DNA of 64,000 nt. It comes from Klebsormidium nitens. Taxonomy: Eukaryota; Plantae; Klebsormidiophyceae. A model generated the notes under the pieces. The model worked only from the letters and a program-made list of their open reading frames with translations, made no database searches and was not told the DNA's origin. Each line of letters starts with the position of its first letter. The stretch's first letter is position 1. Made by a program: the position numbers and the translations under genes. Shown here piece after piece: positions 14,101 through 32,144 of the stretch. Location of the stretch: contig DF237415.1 of the NCBI GenBank assembly GCA_000708835.1, positions 11,982 to 75,981 on the forward strand, in the 5' to 3' direction.

Positions 14101-15125
14101 TTCATGGCCCAGGGGTGGGCGGTGGCGCGCTGGAAGGGGCCCGCCGTGTGCACCACCACGTCCGCACCTGCAGCAGGCCCGCACACTACTCACACACCAA
14201 GGGACACGCGCAGCCTGGGGCACCGCGCTGACGTAGGCAGTGACAACAGAACTCGCTCTGCCACAGATTTGAGGAAGCAAGGCGAGGGCAAGCACATGCG
14301 GCAAGTGCCAGGCCGGCCCCCACCCCCCTCTTAGAGAAACCCCGGGTGGCTGGGGGGCGGGCTCACCCTGGACGGCCGCCAGCACGGAGGCCTTGTCGGT
14401 GATGTTGCACTCGAGGAACTGGGCCTGGGGCACGCTGGTGAGGACGCGCTGCGCCCGCTCCCTGGAGCAACACACGGACCCGCCGCGCTGAGAGACAGCG
14501 CCGCGCCAGGCGAAAAAACAGGCAGGGCAACCATGAGGGGAGCTGGCGCCACCAGCAACACGGCAGACCACGAATCAGGCAACAGCCCCCACCCACTTTG
14601 CGATACATCCTTGCTCACAAAAGAAACCGCCCGCAGGGTGCGCCCTGCCCCAGCTGCCGCGCCTCACCTGCTCCTGCCGGCCACGACCACCGCCAGCGCC
14701 TGCTCCTCCTCCCCCACCTGCACCGTCCTGCGCGCCAGCGCCGCCGCCGTGGACCCGCCCACGCGACCTGTCCCCCCAATCACCAGCACGCGCTTGGTGG
14801 TGGGGGCCGCCCTGGCAGGCGGGCGCGCCTCCGCAGGGGCCTCTGAGGCAGACACCGCCCCACGCACCAGGGGAAGGCGCCCGGGGGATGGCGCGTGCGC
14901 ATGGGCAGGCAGGGCCGCAGGGCGCGGCAGCCAGGCAGGGGCCCAGGGAGCGGTGGGGGTGGTCCGAAGGGGGGAGCAGGGGCCAGGCAGCCAGGCAGGC
15001 ACAAGGGCGGGAATCAAAGCGCGGCTGCGCCCCACCTCACGAGAGACTCGAGGACGAGAGGGGGCAGGAAGGCAGGCTGGCCGCCACAAGGGAAGGGCAG
15101 CGCAGGCACAGGAAGCATCGGCCAT
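11129..15125 (-). CDS. Saccharopine dehydrogenase-like NAD(P)-binding oxidoreductase, probably plastid-targeted
   Basis: Transit-peptide-like N-terminus, then Rossmann motif KRVLVIGGTGRVGGSTA, ADVVVHTAGPFQR, YVDVCDD, ITTGGIYPGVSN, FSYFTAGSGGAGPVILQTSFLLMGE, ELPEVESVHRSLGVPSVSARFGTAPFFWN, VGEACAMRVDLD and TQPGVWYPEE. The last exon gives K-SPWMIERPPKNLGFGMYIE*, TGA at 11129-11131. This resembles the plant plastid SDH-like family. Confidence 0.9.
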
Positions 15126-15860
15126 GCTGGCGCAGCGCCAGGATCGGATGGAATCAACTTAAGCAATAAAGCGGCAGCACCGTTTCAAGTTGAGGACAAG
15201 GTCTTGAGAACTTGAAAATTCAAACTCAGGCGAAGTTTCAAGCGCAGCCTGGTCGATTGTCAATGTAGGGAGCCATTGTATGAGGAGGGAGGCGTGCCGC
15301 GTCAGTGTCTTCAGACCGCAGCCTCAGCACTGGTCGCGTATCGACCATTGCGCGTTCAAGACTACCGCCCTATCTAAACCCAATTGCTCCGAGGAGCAGC
15401 AGCTTATATTTTGCTACCGGCCGCGCGTGGCCACCGCCAACAAATACGGAGGACTCCGGCCAGCGGCGCGGCCAGCCAATTGATGTACCGGTAGTGGTCG
15501 CTGGAGTGGAGTGGCCCGCCCGGTTCTAGAGCCCGGTCACTGCGACTCGTGAGTCGTGGCGGCTTATGTATGCCTGCATTTACATGGATATGATCTCCTT
15601 ACCTGTATATGAAGTACCTAAAGTCAAAACCTGGCATCCGCACGTCGGAAGCACGGACTTCCCTGACTTCTGAACGCTGAAGGATCCTGAGCTGCTCAAT
15701 GCTGGTGGCTGTCGTCTGGGAACTCTGCACAGGGAACTTAAAATTATAGAAGGAGGCGGCCCTGGAGGGCCAGACAGCGCGCGATCTCCAGAAACCTAAG
15801 GTTGCAACGGGTCTGCTTCTGACTGGCTGACTCCTGCGCTTCTGATTGTTGCGCCCTTTG

Positions 15861-20973
<5,113 letters not shown>

Positions 20974-22287
20974 CAGTCGAGTCGTTGTTGCCATCGGACG
21001 AGGCCGGGGTTGGCAAGCAGGACGTGACGCAGGAAGAAGTTGACCGCGTGCGCATGGGGGAGCTTCTGAAGGCAAGGGCATGTCAACTTCCCTGTTCAGC
21101 TGTAGCTGGTTATGCCCACACTCCGCTGTTGCTCTTTGCTGGAGGCTGTGTACACGGCTGGTAAAACACGCAGGGCGATAGTGCATGTCTTTACCGTTGG
21201 AAGACTGGGGAGGACATAGCGCTGGTTTGAACGGCACCCTTTGGGTTGAGGGTAGACTTCAATTTTCCGTGTATTGAATCATTGACACACGCAGGCGTCT
21301 CAGGTCATGCAATGGATGCAAACAATGAGCTCTATCTTGTCATCAACGTATTACATACTTTGCACTGATCCCGATTGGCAATATTAGCACGTACTACAAA
21401 TGGTTAAATCTTGACACCATCCAGACAGTTGATTGAGCACGTGAACTTTCATATGGGCCTCTGGCAGCTTTGGCGGTTGCAGTTTCTTCGACCACCGTAC
21501 GTGTATAAGCTAAATACTATGATTTTGAAGTAAGTTAGGCAGTCTTGATCAGCAAGAATGCGGCTCTTGCGGGGTTGGTACAGCTGTGGCCCCACGAGCT
21601 AGAGTCCTTGAAGTTGCCAAGCTGGTTGTTGCATTGATTAATGCTTATCACATATGGATAGCAATGCATACCAGCGTACGCATGATACATGTCATTATTT
21701 GCAATTACCGCGTCGATCGTCGCTGTATCTTAGACTCATCGATATAATGGTAAACATATCGATCTTTTCATACTGCTAGCTCTGGCCAGCCGCGCTGCGC
21801 TGCCATGCAGGAGATGTCGCAAAGTGTTGAAGTCGGATCGAGCTAGCCTGCTGCGGGCCGCGCCCCAGCCAGTTTTAGCTTGCGTTCTCCGCGGCGCCTC
21901 AACCACACCCTGAGCTAGCTACAAGCAAAGGAGATTGGTCACTCACTACAGGCTCGCTTGACTGCATGGAACTTATGATGTTAGTCGACATGTAGCACTT
22001 GCCTGGCGATGCCAACTAACATATTGCACCTGCATTGATGGTGGATGAGGGACCATCTACAATGGTATGGATGACAGCAAAGGCCCTGGGGCCCATGACT
22101 GCATGTGTCAAACTGGCATGCAGCATGCAGCATCGATCATGCGCATGTCAGTGTGTTGTATACATGGAGGGGTCGTAAAAGTACGTGTCCCTGCTACTAT
22201 GTGTCGATCTTATCCACAGCTGCCACTATGATGATTGTGACCAGACGTCACCACGCATGTCATGGCATGGTCAAGTAAGTTCTCGCT

Positions 22288-23619
22288 TTACTGATGGCTT
22301 ATTGCCTGTTTTCTTTTTGTCTCTCTTTTCCTTTTTCTTCAATGCATCCATATGCGCCTTCAATACTGTCGCATAAGCTGTTTGGAATCGGGCAACTTCT
22401 TTGACGGAAACCTGGAGAAATGCAGACCCACGTGAGGCTCAACAAAAGCTCCCCGCTTTCGCGTCTGTGTTTGCACCGGAAGCTATCCAACAAGTGAACA
22501 CTGAGGAAGATGAGCAACAATGTGGTCGTGCATTTGCCCCTTGACAAGCATATCACGCCCCAACACGAGGTGGACACGAGGTGGTACCTCACCGCTGTGC
22601 TGATCTTCTTCTTGCCATCGGTGGCCCGTATGAGGCACTTGTAGTCCGCCTCCGCGGGTGCGTCCCCTGCTGCTGCAGGCGCCCCCTTCTTCTTTGGGCC
22701 TTGCAGGGCAGCTGCAAATAAGCCACAGCATCACTGATGCACGCAAACAAGACATGCCCCGAACAGGCCAGGGCGGGAAGTTGTCCAGCAAGCCGAGAAT
22801 CAGAAGGCAAGGACTGCCAGACAACATAATAAACAACCTGCACGCAGCAAAAGCTGCATTCCCAGCTACTCCACACCTTTGGATAACTGCTCAGGTGTCT
22901 ACGTCAGGCCGACAGCTGGGCAGCTAGCGGCCCACCTTTGGCAGCCACTTGAGACAAACCAGACACTTGCCTTCCCTTCTGAAGGCGAGAATCCAAAATG
23001 GTTGCGATCCAAACTTTGGGTAGACCGCTAAGATCCCCCGCAGACTATCAGATCAGGTTCGCCAGAGAAGCCAGTAGCTTTCACTTCACAATCAGTCCCC
23101 TCTGAAATTGGAGCTTAAATGTGCTTTCAAAGCAATCCTTCCAGTTACAAATGGCCCTCAAGCAGTGGCCGGACAGAGAGCAGTCCGCGAGAGGACGGGC
23201 GCCACTGCTGCCCTCCCCGCAACCGCCAGGGCCTGGTGCTCTACTCTGCGGGGGGGTTGGGGCTGCCCCGCAGCTCAATTGGCTCTACGCACAACCTGAG
23301 GGCGTTGCAGGGTAGCGTGGTGCGCTGCACACTCACATCGCTTGCAGGTGATCCACACAGTGCGTGCCGGCCCGGTGCTGCTCTTATTGCGCTCGTACAG
23401 CTTGTTCAGCTCATTCAAGAAGGGGTCCGGCTCCAGGAACACCTGCACGCAAGCCCCCGCACAGGGCGCGGCACCGCCAGTCAGCACCCTCCTGCGCGGT
23501 CATCCAGAGCAACTAGGAAACACAGTGCATGGCTGGCACCGGAGAGGACACCCCACTCCGGCACGTCAGACCGGCAGCACCTTCCTTCCAAGAAGCTAAG
23601 CAAGGCACCCGCTTACCAT
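22288..23619 (-). CDS. SRP14: Signal recognition particle 14 kDa subunit
   Basis: ATG|gtaagc (23619-23617) splices to VFLEPDPFLNELNKLYERNK..VWITCKR; then YKCLIRATDGKKKISTA; last exon AYATVLKAHMDALKKKEKRDKKEKQAISHQ*, TAA at 22288-22290. Confidence 0.95.
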
Positions 23620-24252
23620 GCCGCCCAACCAACCTCCGCTAAGACGGCTGCCAGCTTATGGCAACGCCGACGCCAACGCCAATGGAGGGGCCGCTTCCTT
23701 GGAAGCTACCTCCCGACCTCCTACTACTAAGTCCTACCCGGTATGTGCCATTGCTACATCCTAGCTGCAGCCTCATGCCAATGGCCCTGGGGTCTCATGG
23801 GCAGGACGAGGCTGGGAACTAGAGGGGCCGCCGCGCTGCCCCAACTTGGTAACGGCTGAGCTGCCTAAGCCATCGTAATGCATCGGACGGACAAAGTTCA
23901 CCGTGGTCTGTGGTTACGCGCCAACATATGCCCTGAGCGCCACACGATGCCTTCTAACCTGCCATCGACGGCGGCAACTCCGTTTCCAGAACTTTCACCG
24001 ACTGTTCTGCGTGGTGCAGTGCGTTGCGCCAGATCGGTGCAAGAAGCCTGTCCAGCGCCAAAACTCGTGAAAGGAGAGCTTGGAAGTTGGAATCTGGATG
24101 AAAAGGCGCTGATACATCATACATCTCAGGAGACTTGACTCGTGAGCCTGTAGCGAGGCTTCTCCCTGGGCGTATCCATCTTGCGTCTTGTCCGGTGCTT
24201 CTGTTGGGCCCTTAAGCGGTCTGAGGATCTGAGGACGGCTGTTGCACAAGTG

Positions 24253-27200
24253 ATGGCATCAAGTACTGCGTGCGTGCATAGTATAAGTGGATTAAGTTTT
24301 GGCACAGGGTTCGGTAATGCTGCAGAGCACAGCCGGCGCGAGCTGTATGCAGAGCGCAGGCTAGCTCCCCGCTGCCAACCTTTGCCTGCTGCAACGCCAG
24401 CGTCATGCAGGTACGTCCCCCATGCTCAAGACACCTGCCCGCACTTTCTCTTCTGCTGCTTCTGCTTCCCCCTTCTTGCCAGCCCCTCCTGTTTTGAGTG
24501 GTGTTTTTGCCCGTTTGGCTGCTTCTCCCCTTTTCACATGTCGTCGTGTGCCCCACGTGTTGCAGGCTTGCCAGCAGCTGCAGCAGCTTTGGAGGTGGCA
24601 GCACCCCCTTGCGGTGGCAGGCCCCGCCCAGATCTAGCAGCCAACACGGGCGGCACCGAGGTCGGCGGCTCTCTGTCAGGGCAGCCAAGGTGAGCCGGAG
24701 CGAAGCGCTTTTTTGAACTGCGTTTACATCGGACAGAGGCAGGCCTGGGCTCCAGCGCGCGGGGGGCGTCCTCTATGCTTGCTGCTTGCGGCCTGCGGCT
24801 TGCGGCCCCACAGGCGGGTCTGACTTGTGGCGGTGGTGCGTGTGCAGGACTACTATGAGGAGCTGGGGGTTAGCAAGACAGCGGAGAAAGCGGAGATTAA
24901 GAGTGGTGAGTGCCGCACTGCAGCCCTGCCAGCCGATGCCGCAGCGCGGGCTCTTCAGGCAGCTCCACTCGTTGCGGGCTGTGGTGCACTGAGCAACCAT
25001 GGCGGATTGTGTTGGATGCAGTGGCTGCCACTGAGATCTTCCAGGGACCCCGTATTGGTGCGCTTGCTTCCCAGCGCTGCCGGCTGCTGACCAATCGCGG
25101 GCCTGTGCGCAGCGTACCGGCGGCTGGCGCGCAAGTACCACCCAGACGTGAACAAGGAGAAAGGCGCAGAGGAGCGCTTCAAGGCCATCAGTAATGCATA
25201 CGAGGTGCTTTCCGATGATGAGAAGCGCGGCATCTACGACAAGTTTGGGGAGGCTGGCCTCAAGGGGGGGGCCGGAGGCGGGCCAGGCATGGTAAGTAGC
25301 ACCACGCGCAGCCCCGAGGGCCCGCCCCAGCCGGCCGCTGAGCTGGGGCAGATGCGTCCTGGGGGCAGGGGCCCACGGACTGTGCCTTGCTTGATGGCAG
25401 AGCAGGGGGAGCAGTGGCGCTTCCAGCACCGTCCCCAGATCATATGGTGGCAAGGCGCCAGTGAACGAGAACAGTTGTTGAGGGAAAGGTCGAAACAAGT
25501 TACTCGCGGAAGAATGAGAAATATCATTTTTTGAAGGTTGTCAGGCGTTTAGTTCACTCCTGAGAGAGATCCGCATATGATTGTCCCTGTTGTTCAGCCA
25601 GTTCTGCTTGGGTCTCCTTCTTTTGCTTTGCTTCCTGCGGTGGGCCAAAAGCAGCCATCTGTCGGGCCCCGCCCCACGGAGGCCCTCTTCTCCTTGCTGC
25701 CGTAACTTGCCATAAAGGCTGCTGCTGTGCCTGAGCTTGTTTTGCAGATGCAGGCTCTCGAGTCCCTTGTCAACACCGCAGGTATTGTGGCCTTGACCAG
25801 AGTTGGTTCCCAATTCAGTCGAGCCTTGCATGACGATTTTCAACCATACCCGTCACTCGCTTGCCTACAGGACTTTGAGAGTCCGTTTGACATCTTTGAG
25901 ACGTTCTTTGGCGGAGGGATGGGCGGGCGCGGCCGCGGTGGTGCGCGCGCCGGCCCGACCATGGGCGACGACGAGCGGCTGGACATCACGATCGACTTCA
26001 AGGACGCCGTGTTCGGGACGACCAAGGACGTGGACGTGAGCCGCCTCGAGGTGTGCGCCACCTGCAGCGGCAGCGGGGCCAAGCCGGGGACCACCCCGCG
26101 CACGTGCGCCACGTGTGGCGGGCAGGGCCAGGTCATGTCGGTGGCGCAGACGCCGCTCGGCAACTTCCAGCAGGTGTCCACGTGCCCCACCTGCTCCGGG
26201 TCAGGCGAGGTGAGGCCCGCCACCGCGCATAGCTGCAGGGCCCCTCGCAAGATGCGCACGGGGGGTGGGGCGCAAGCCTGGGTCATGTGTCTGGCAAAGC
26301 TGTGCGGGGACCTGCCTGGCGCAGGTGTGAAAGATCGATATGGTCTCTTAGCTGATACAGTCGAGCTTGGACGGACGACTCTAGAATCTATAAGGGGCCA
26401 TCTACTTTATTTGTCAGTTGTGTTTTTCTAGCGTCCAGGCTACGCTCTGCTGTTTGAGCGTGGACGTTCTGGACGACAGTTGCCGTTTTCGATTGATGAA
26501 GAGCCGTGAAATGCATTTTCGAGCGAGCTCCCCCAAGCTGGCATTTCCAGTCCTGCGCACTATTTCTCTGCGGGCATGCACCTTAGAAGCTGAGTGTCGG
26601 GATTTGCCCGACGTCAGCAGCTACCTTCCTACGGCGTCGGATTTGCACGGCAGTTTTGTGAGGGTCTTGGCAGCGTTCAATTGGCTGTGTCCATGCATGA
26701 CCTACGCCCAATCCAAACTAACTGGGTTTTTGGAGTCACTTCTGAAGAAATTTTCCTTCCGCGGCTTCGTTTGTTAACCAAAAACGGACGTTGTGGTTCG
26801 CTGTGTGGTCTTTCGACTGCTCCCAGGGCGAACAAGAAGAGGGAAACATGGCCACGGGCATGCGGCCCTCCTTAGCTGCCCACTGTCGAGCCGGCTCCGG
26901 CCCAGATCCATGTTGCTCGTATTGCCCGTGCGCCTGGCTGCCCCGGCTGCTCGCTGACTGCGTGCTGGCGGTGGTGGCGTGCAGCAAGTGGACCCGTGCG
27001 GGACGTGCAGCGGCGACGGCCGTGTGCGGCGCAAGAAGTCGCTGAGCCTCAAGATCCCGGCCGGGGTCGACACGGACAGCCGGCTGCGCGTGCGCGGGGA
27101 GGGCAACGCGGGGCGCAAGGGCGGCCCCGCGGGCGACCTGTACGTGTTCATCCGGGTGAAGGCCGACCCGGAGCTGCGGCGCGACGGCAGCAACGTGCTG

Positions 27201-28108
27201 GTGTCCGCCAAGATCAGCTACCTGGACGCCATCCTGGGGACCACCGTCAAGGTCAAGACCGTGGACGGGCCCGTCGAACTCAAGATCCCCGCAGGTGAGC
27301 CACCCAGGACCCTTGTACGACTGGTTGAAATCAACATGTCATTGAGCCCAACCCTGGGTAGCAGCCCGAGAGAGGGCCTGCTGGGAGGGCGATCAGCTGA
27401 TGGAGATTGGGTGTTGCACGTGCATTGTCCAGGAAGTTTGCCGCAGCTTGCGGGCAAGTTTGTCGGGGGGGGCGATCTTGAAAATGTACTGGACGCAGCA
27501 GCATGCAGAGTGTTCCACGCGTTCGACCAGCCGTAGGCTCGCGAGGATTTCCGAGGACCAGCACAGATTCGCTGCAGAATGGGTAAAATGTGGTACTTCC
27601 TTTGTTTGCTTTCGTACTTGGAGCTTTGATAGTTTGATGCATGCGAACGGTCAAAGCTGGATCCTGCCAAGAGCCGGCTGCTTCTAGTCGGATTCAAGAG
27701 GCAAACTGAGGGGATTGTCAGCATGCTGCTTCCAGCGCGTGCGCTTCGGTTGTGCCCACGCCGTGGTCGACATGCGGGCCAGCCACAGCCGGGGGCTCCT
27801 ACAGCGGCTGATCGAAGGGGGGCAGCTGACGTGCGCCCTGCAGCTGTCCGGGCACAGCGGACGCTGTCCTTCCCGCTCCTGCTGCTGGCTGTGCTGACTG
27901 CGCCCGCGTTGCTCGTGGTGGTGCAGGCACCCAGCCGGCCACGACGCTGGTGATGTCCAAGCGCGGCATCCCGCAGCTGAACCAGCCCAGCCTGCGCGGC
28001 GACCAGCTGGTGCGCGTGCAGGTCGAGATCCCCAAGCGGCTCTCCCCCGAGGAGCGCAAGCTGGTCGAGGAGCTGCGCGACATCAACAAGGTCGCAGTGG
28101 CGCGGTAG
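24253..28108 (+). CDS. Type I (class A) DnaJ/Hsp40 co-chaperone with plastid transit peptide (CDJ1/DJA-like)
   Basis: Transit-peptide-like MASSTAC..; J-domain [23 protein letters not shown]; G/F region [10 protein letters not shown]; four CxxCxGxG repeats ([32 protein letters not shown]); C-terminal [43 protein letters not shown] at 28106-28108. Confidence 0.95.
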
Positions 28109-29857
28109 GAAGAAGGGGCGCGGGCGCTAGGAAAGAGGTCCCGCTGTTCACAAAGTCAAACGGTATCGAGGTAAGCACTCGCGCGAGTGCAGTGCATGAG
28201 TGGAACCTACAGCTTTGGAAAGCAGTATCGGGGGTCGACATTGAACCGTTCGTTAGACCGTTTGTATATGGTGACCACACAAGTGATTGATGATCCAAAG
28301 ATTCATTTGGATGCATCATATGTCGCCTTCATATTTCCGCACGTATGGGGGGAAGGCTTATGAGTCATGTGAAGTCTTTATGCTACTGTTCTGCTGGTTG
28401 TCTCCAGCTTGATTTTTTCATAGGAGATGGCGGACATCGAGTTGAGAAAGTCACAGCAATTGGTGGCAACAACAAGCCAACCTCATATTTGCAAATACGG
28501 TTAGGTTGCGGGTGGTCAATTTTCAGCAAATTACTATATGCACACGTGTGTTCGTATCCGATCGAGACCGGGCCCCGCTCCACGGCCATGGAGATCATCA
28601 AGCTGCCGGGCTAAGGGACCATTCTTAATCGGTTTACTCTATAGGATTGATGTGCTTCAGTGTGTTTGACCGGCCACATGATGGATGATGTCCAGGCTAG
28701 GTCGAACTCGTTCATCACACAAGGCTCTATTGGATGGTGTCGGCCATGCAATGATAGGGATATCCTGACTGATATAACCCGAGGGTTAAGGCAGAACTGC
28801 GATGTGCGCGCTAGCTCGCGCGGCGAATGCAAGGTATTATAGTATCTCGAGCTATGTTACTAATCGCATATCAATGGCCGGCATAACTTGTTGTACGCCT
28901 GCCAGGCGTATCCAGTGCTGATCGGAAGCTTCAGCAATAACTTTCAGAACCACACTTGATGCATATGTGCCCAACTGGATCGAAGCTATCGTCTGCCGCG
29001 GCCACATGATGCAGTCAAACTATATGAGTTATATGTAACGTACGTACACGCACATGTTGAACGCATACTGAGCATGTGTCAACGCATATTCCGAACATGA
29101 AAGATCAATGCATGATCTAGGTATACATGAATTTCGATATGGCATGCATGGCTGCAGCCGCGCCGATCCGCGTCATGACATAGAATAGTCTTGCTCAATC
29201 ACATGCAATTAGGATCGATGCATCATTGCGTGATCGAGCAAGGTTATCCTACGTACATTGCCCTGTGCATGCACTATTTTAAATTGGATTTTATAAATCA
29301 CATTTATTCGAAGTCGTAATCATTTGTCGGTTCATATCTTTGTATATTGCTCAGATCCTCAAGATAGACTAGAATCTCAATTCAGAATTGCTTTTGAACT
29401 AGGTACATAAGAGTCATGATCCGTTGTATCTGTCATGCGCAGAATTGAATCGCCATGTACATGTCAGACCTCAAACTGAATCACAAGAACCATTTATATA
29501 CACTACTAACCTTAACATTCGCATAATGGAAAGTGCACAACAAGTTGGAAAAGAGCAGGTTCATTCTCTAAATGAGAGCGCTGTTTTCAAAGCGAGTCTG
29601 GTCCCGTCCTAAGCATGTATGAGAAAGAAATGACCATGCAACGAACTTGAAAGAGAATTGTGATCCACACAGCCCCGTAAGAAAGACTTCCCCTCACTAG
29701 TTTTTCGGATCCACTTGCATCAATCTATGATTCTAATAAGAGGTTACGAAAACTTCAAAATCAGGTAATTATCCACTGCCACACCGCCATCAATCCCGTA
29801 GTATCAAGGACGCCGAGGACCTACGGCACAGCAACCACATGTCAAAGGAGAACTCAC

Positions 29858-31389
29858 CTGGCACCTATGAACCATTGAGCACCTGACACTTGTAACTTCA
29901 CCAGCACCTGAGATTATCCCCTTTCTTATGCGGCAAGTTCCCTTTCGAAACAGGCCAACTCACCGCTCTGGTGAATGGTTGCAATAAGATAGATAAGTCA
30001 AAGCACATCGTACTGAAACATGACCTTGCCAAATCCAATGATTTAATCCTGGAAACAGAGAACCCGAATGGTAGCTAAAGCACGATAGAGGTTCGAACTT
30101 CAGCACTTCCAAGCGAGCTTTCCTGTTGCGAATTACAAGAAACCAGACTTCGAAATCGGGCTGTTACTTGGGAGCCACTATTTTCGTCAAGTCAATGTTG
30201 ATAAGAGGCATGTCGACTTTACATGTAACAAGCTAGACGCATGTCAAGCAGTCCAACTTGCAGCTGGTTAGAGCAGTCCAAATTCCAAATTCCCTGGTCA
30301 AACTCAGCACGAGCTACAAAGCCTGGGCAAATGGGGTCATGATGACTTGCAAATGACAGCTGGACCTTGAGTAAGATGAGAGACTAATGACGGCCTATTG
30401 TCACCGCAATTGAGAAGCAAGCCCTGAAGTGCTGTCTGCCCCCTTTTGAAGGCATTCAGATCTGAAACACACCTGGTCGCAGATTGTCTTCCCGGTGTTC
30501 GCTTCAGCAGCCAGTCCTGCTGCCACTCCTAGGAGAGCTAGTGCCCCATTCAACTCCTCCTTTTGACGCTCCTTCTGCACAAGCGCTGACCCTGCTTCAT
30601 GCTTCATCCACCATTGCCTCATCTACCGACATTATTACAAAGCTTCTGTGGCGGAAGGGAGGGCTGTCATCAATGGATCTTTTAGTGCTGATGACAAGCT
30701 GACAGTCCCGAGATGGAGTGTTGCTTGCTGGTTGTTGCTGCATAAGAGTGCTACCAAAATATCCTCACAGCAAATCTGCTACTTTTGCGCCGCTGCTCCA
30801 GCTGCACCAGTGCCAGTTGCTTTGCCACCACGGGATCCACCATCTCCTGGGACCTGACCTCCGGCGCCATGCGCTTGTTGGCTTGCGGCGGCATCCGGGC
30901 ATCCTGCACCTGCACAGCTCACCCGTTTTGATTCACCAACATAAGCGGTAGACATGAACTATCACGTCTGGTGCCGTTTAGCTCTGCAACTGGCAACAGT
31001 GCAGTGCATCATATCAACATACCTGCAAACAAGCCCGGCGGCATTTCCAGCTCCATCACTGACAGGACAAGTACCTGGGCTTGCACACTTGTACGCTTGT
31101 GTCGCCAAGCTGGTTTGTGCTGCCAGTGAAACTCTCCAACAAACCATTTTGCAGGAATATGTCTTGCAGTTTGCTGATGATGTGGTACTCTGTCGGTCAA
31201 GGCTAAGTTTCGAGCGGGTCTGAAACTCCTCTTAGCTTGAGCCAAAGCTGGGCTTGAGCCCCATGATTCGCACGATGTTGTGGTCTGCATATGGTATACT
31301 TGCATCTTATGCAGCCTTTTTGCTGTCAGACACAGATTGGAAACACAGAGAGATGAGCAACAATTGAATGCTACCTCAAGTTGAGTCAA
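29858..31389 (-). CDS. Light-harvesting-like (SEP/OHP/Lil-type) thylakoid protein with a degenerate chlorophyll-binding motif; both ends uncertain
   Basis: Exon ending at 30473 encodes KERQKEELNGALALLGVAAGLAAEANTGKTICDQ and splices in phase 0 to exon 29907-29858 (VLVKLQVSGAQWFIGA). This fits the LHC helix pattern ExxNGRxAMxGxxxxxxxExxTGxxxxxQ. Upstream exons and ORF 31009-31389 could supply a transit peptide. Confidence 0.65.
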
Positions 31390-31459
31390 AGACGAGTTGA
31401 CAATAGGGGGTCCTTTTTGTGTGTACTGACATCACTCACAGAGTCACACCACACCTATG

Positions 31460-32144
31460 ACCATGAATCCTACTCCGGATTTTGCCAACTCCGGATTTTC
31501 GACTGTCATTCATCGATGAGGATCCAAACACCGGTCTCTGGCCCGTGCTTTCACCACCTCTCTGTCTGAGCTGAGGAGATCGCCCGGGCGACATTCAGTA
31601 GCCCTGCCCGTAGCCCAACTTGCGATGTCTCTTCAATTTAGAAATAGTAAGCCCTGGCAATAGTAAGCTCCTGCACTAACACTAAAAACCTAACCCACTA
31701 AATCACCCGCTCCGCACCCGAACCCACCCTAACCACCAGACTAACCCCACCCGTCCTAGGCTATTGCTAAATTGAAGATTCTTCAACTTGCGCCCTCGGG
31801 GCCGGAAGAACCTCGGCCGGGGCTTGGTTACCGCAGTCGGGTTGCATTGGTCAGACAAGAAACAATACACACGAGATAGCCTGGTTTAACAAGCCGGTGT
31901 AAATGAGAGGGGGTGTCCTGCAGGGCTTTCACCAGCTCGGGGTTCGCCTCCCGACCAATTCCAAGGCAGGTTATCTTGCCCGTTAGAGAATACCTACGGT
32001 AGATAATAGGTCAAGAAGTGCCTCGTGTACCTATTTGCGATGTCCGCCGGCAACACCCCGGTAGAAGCAACTTTTCGCGCGTCCTCGTACGGTAGGTTTA
32101 TGCAAAAATCCGGAGTTGAATAAATCCGGAGTTGAATTCATGGT
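31460..32144. mobile_element. Non-autonomous TIR DNA transposon (MITE-like, ~685 bp)
   Basis: Left end accatgaatcctactccggattttgccaactccggatttt matches the reverse complement of the right end (accatgaattcaactccggatttattcaactccggatttt) over ~40 bp. No coding capacity. Target duplication is ambiguous (TAT..TAT with one extra G, or TGA/TTA). Confidence 0.85.
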
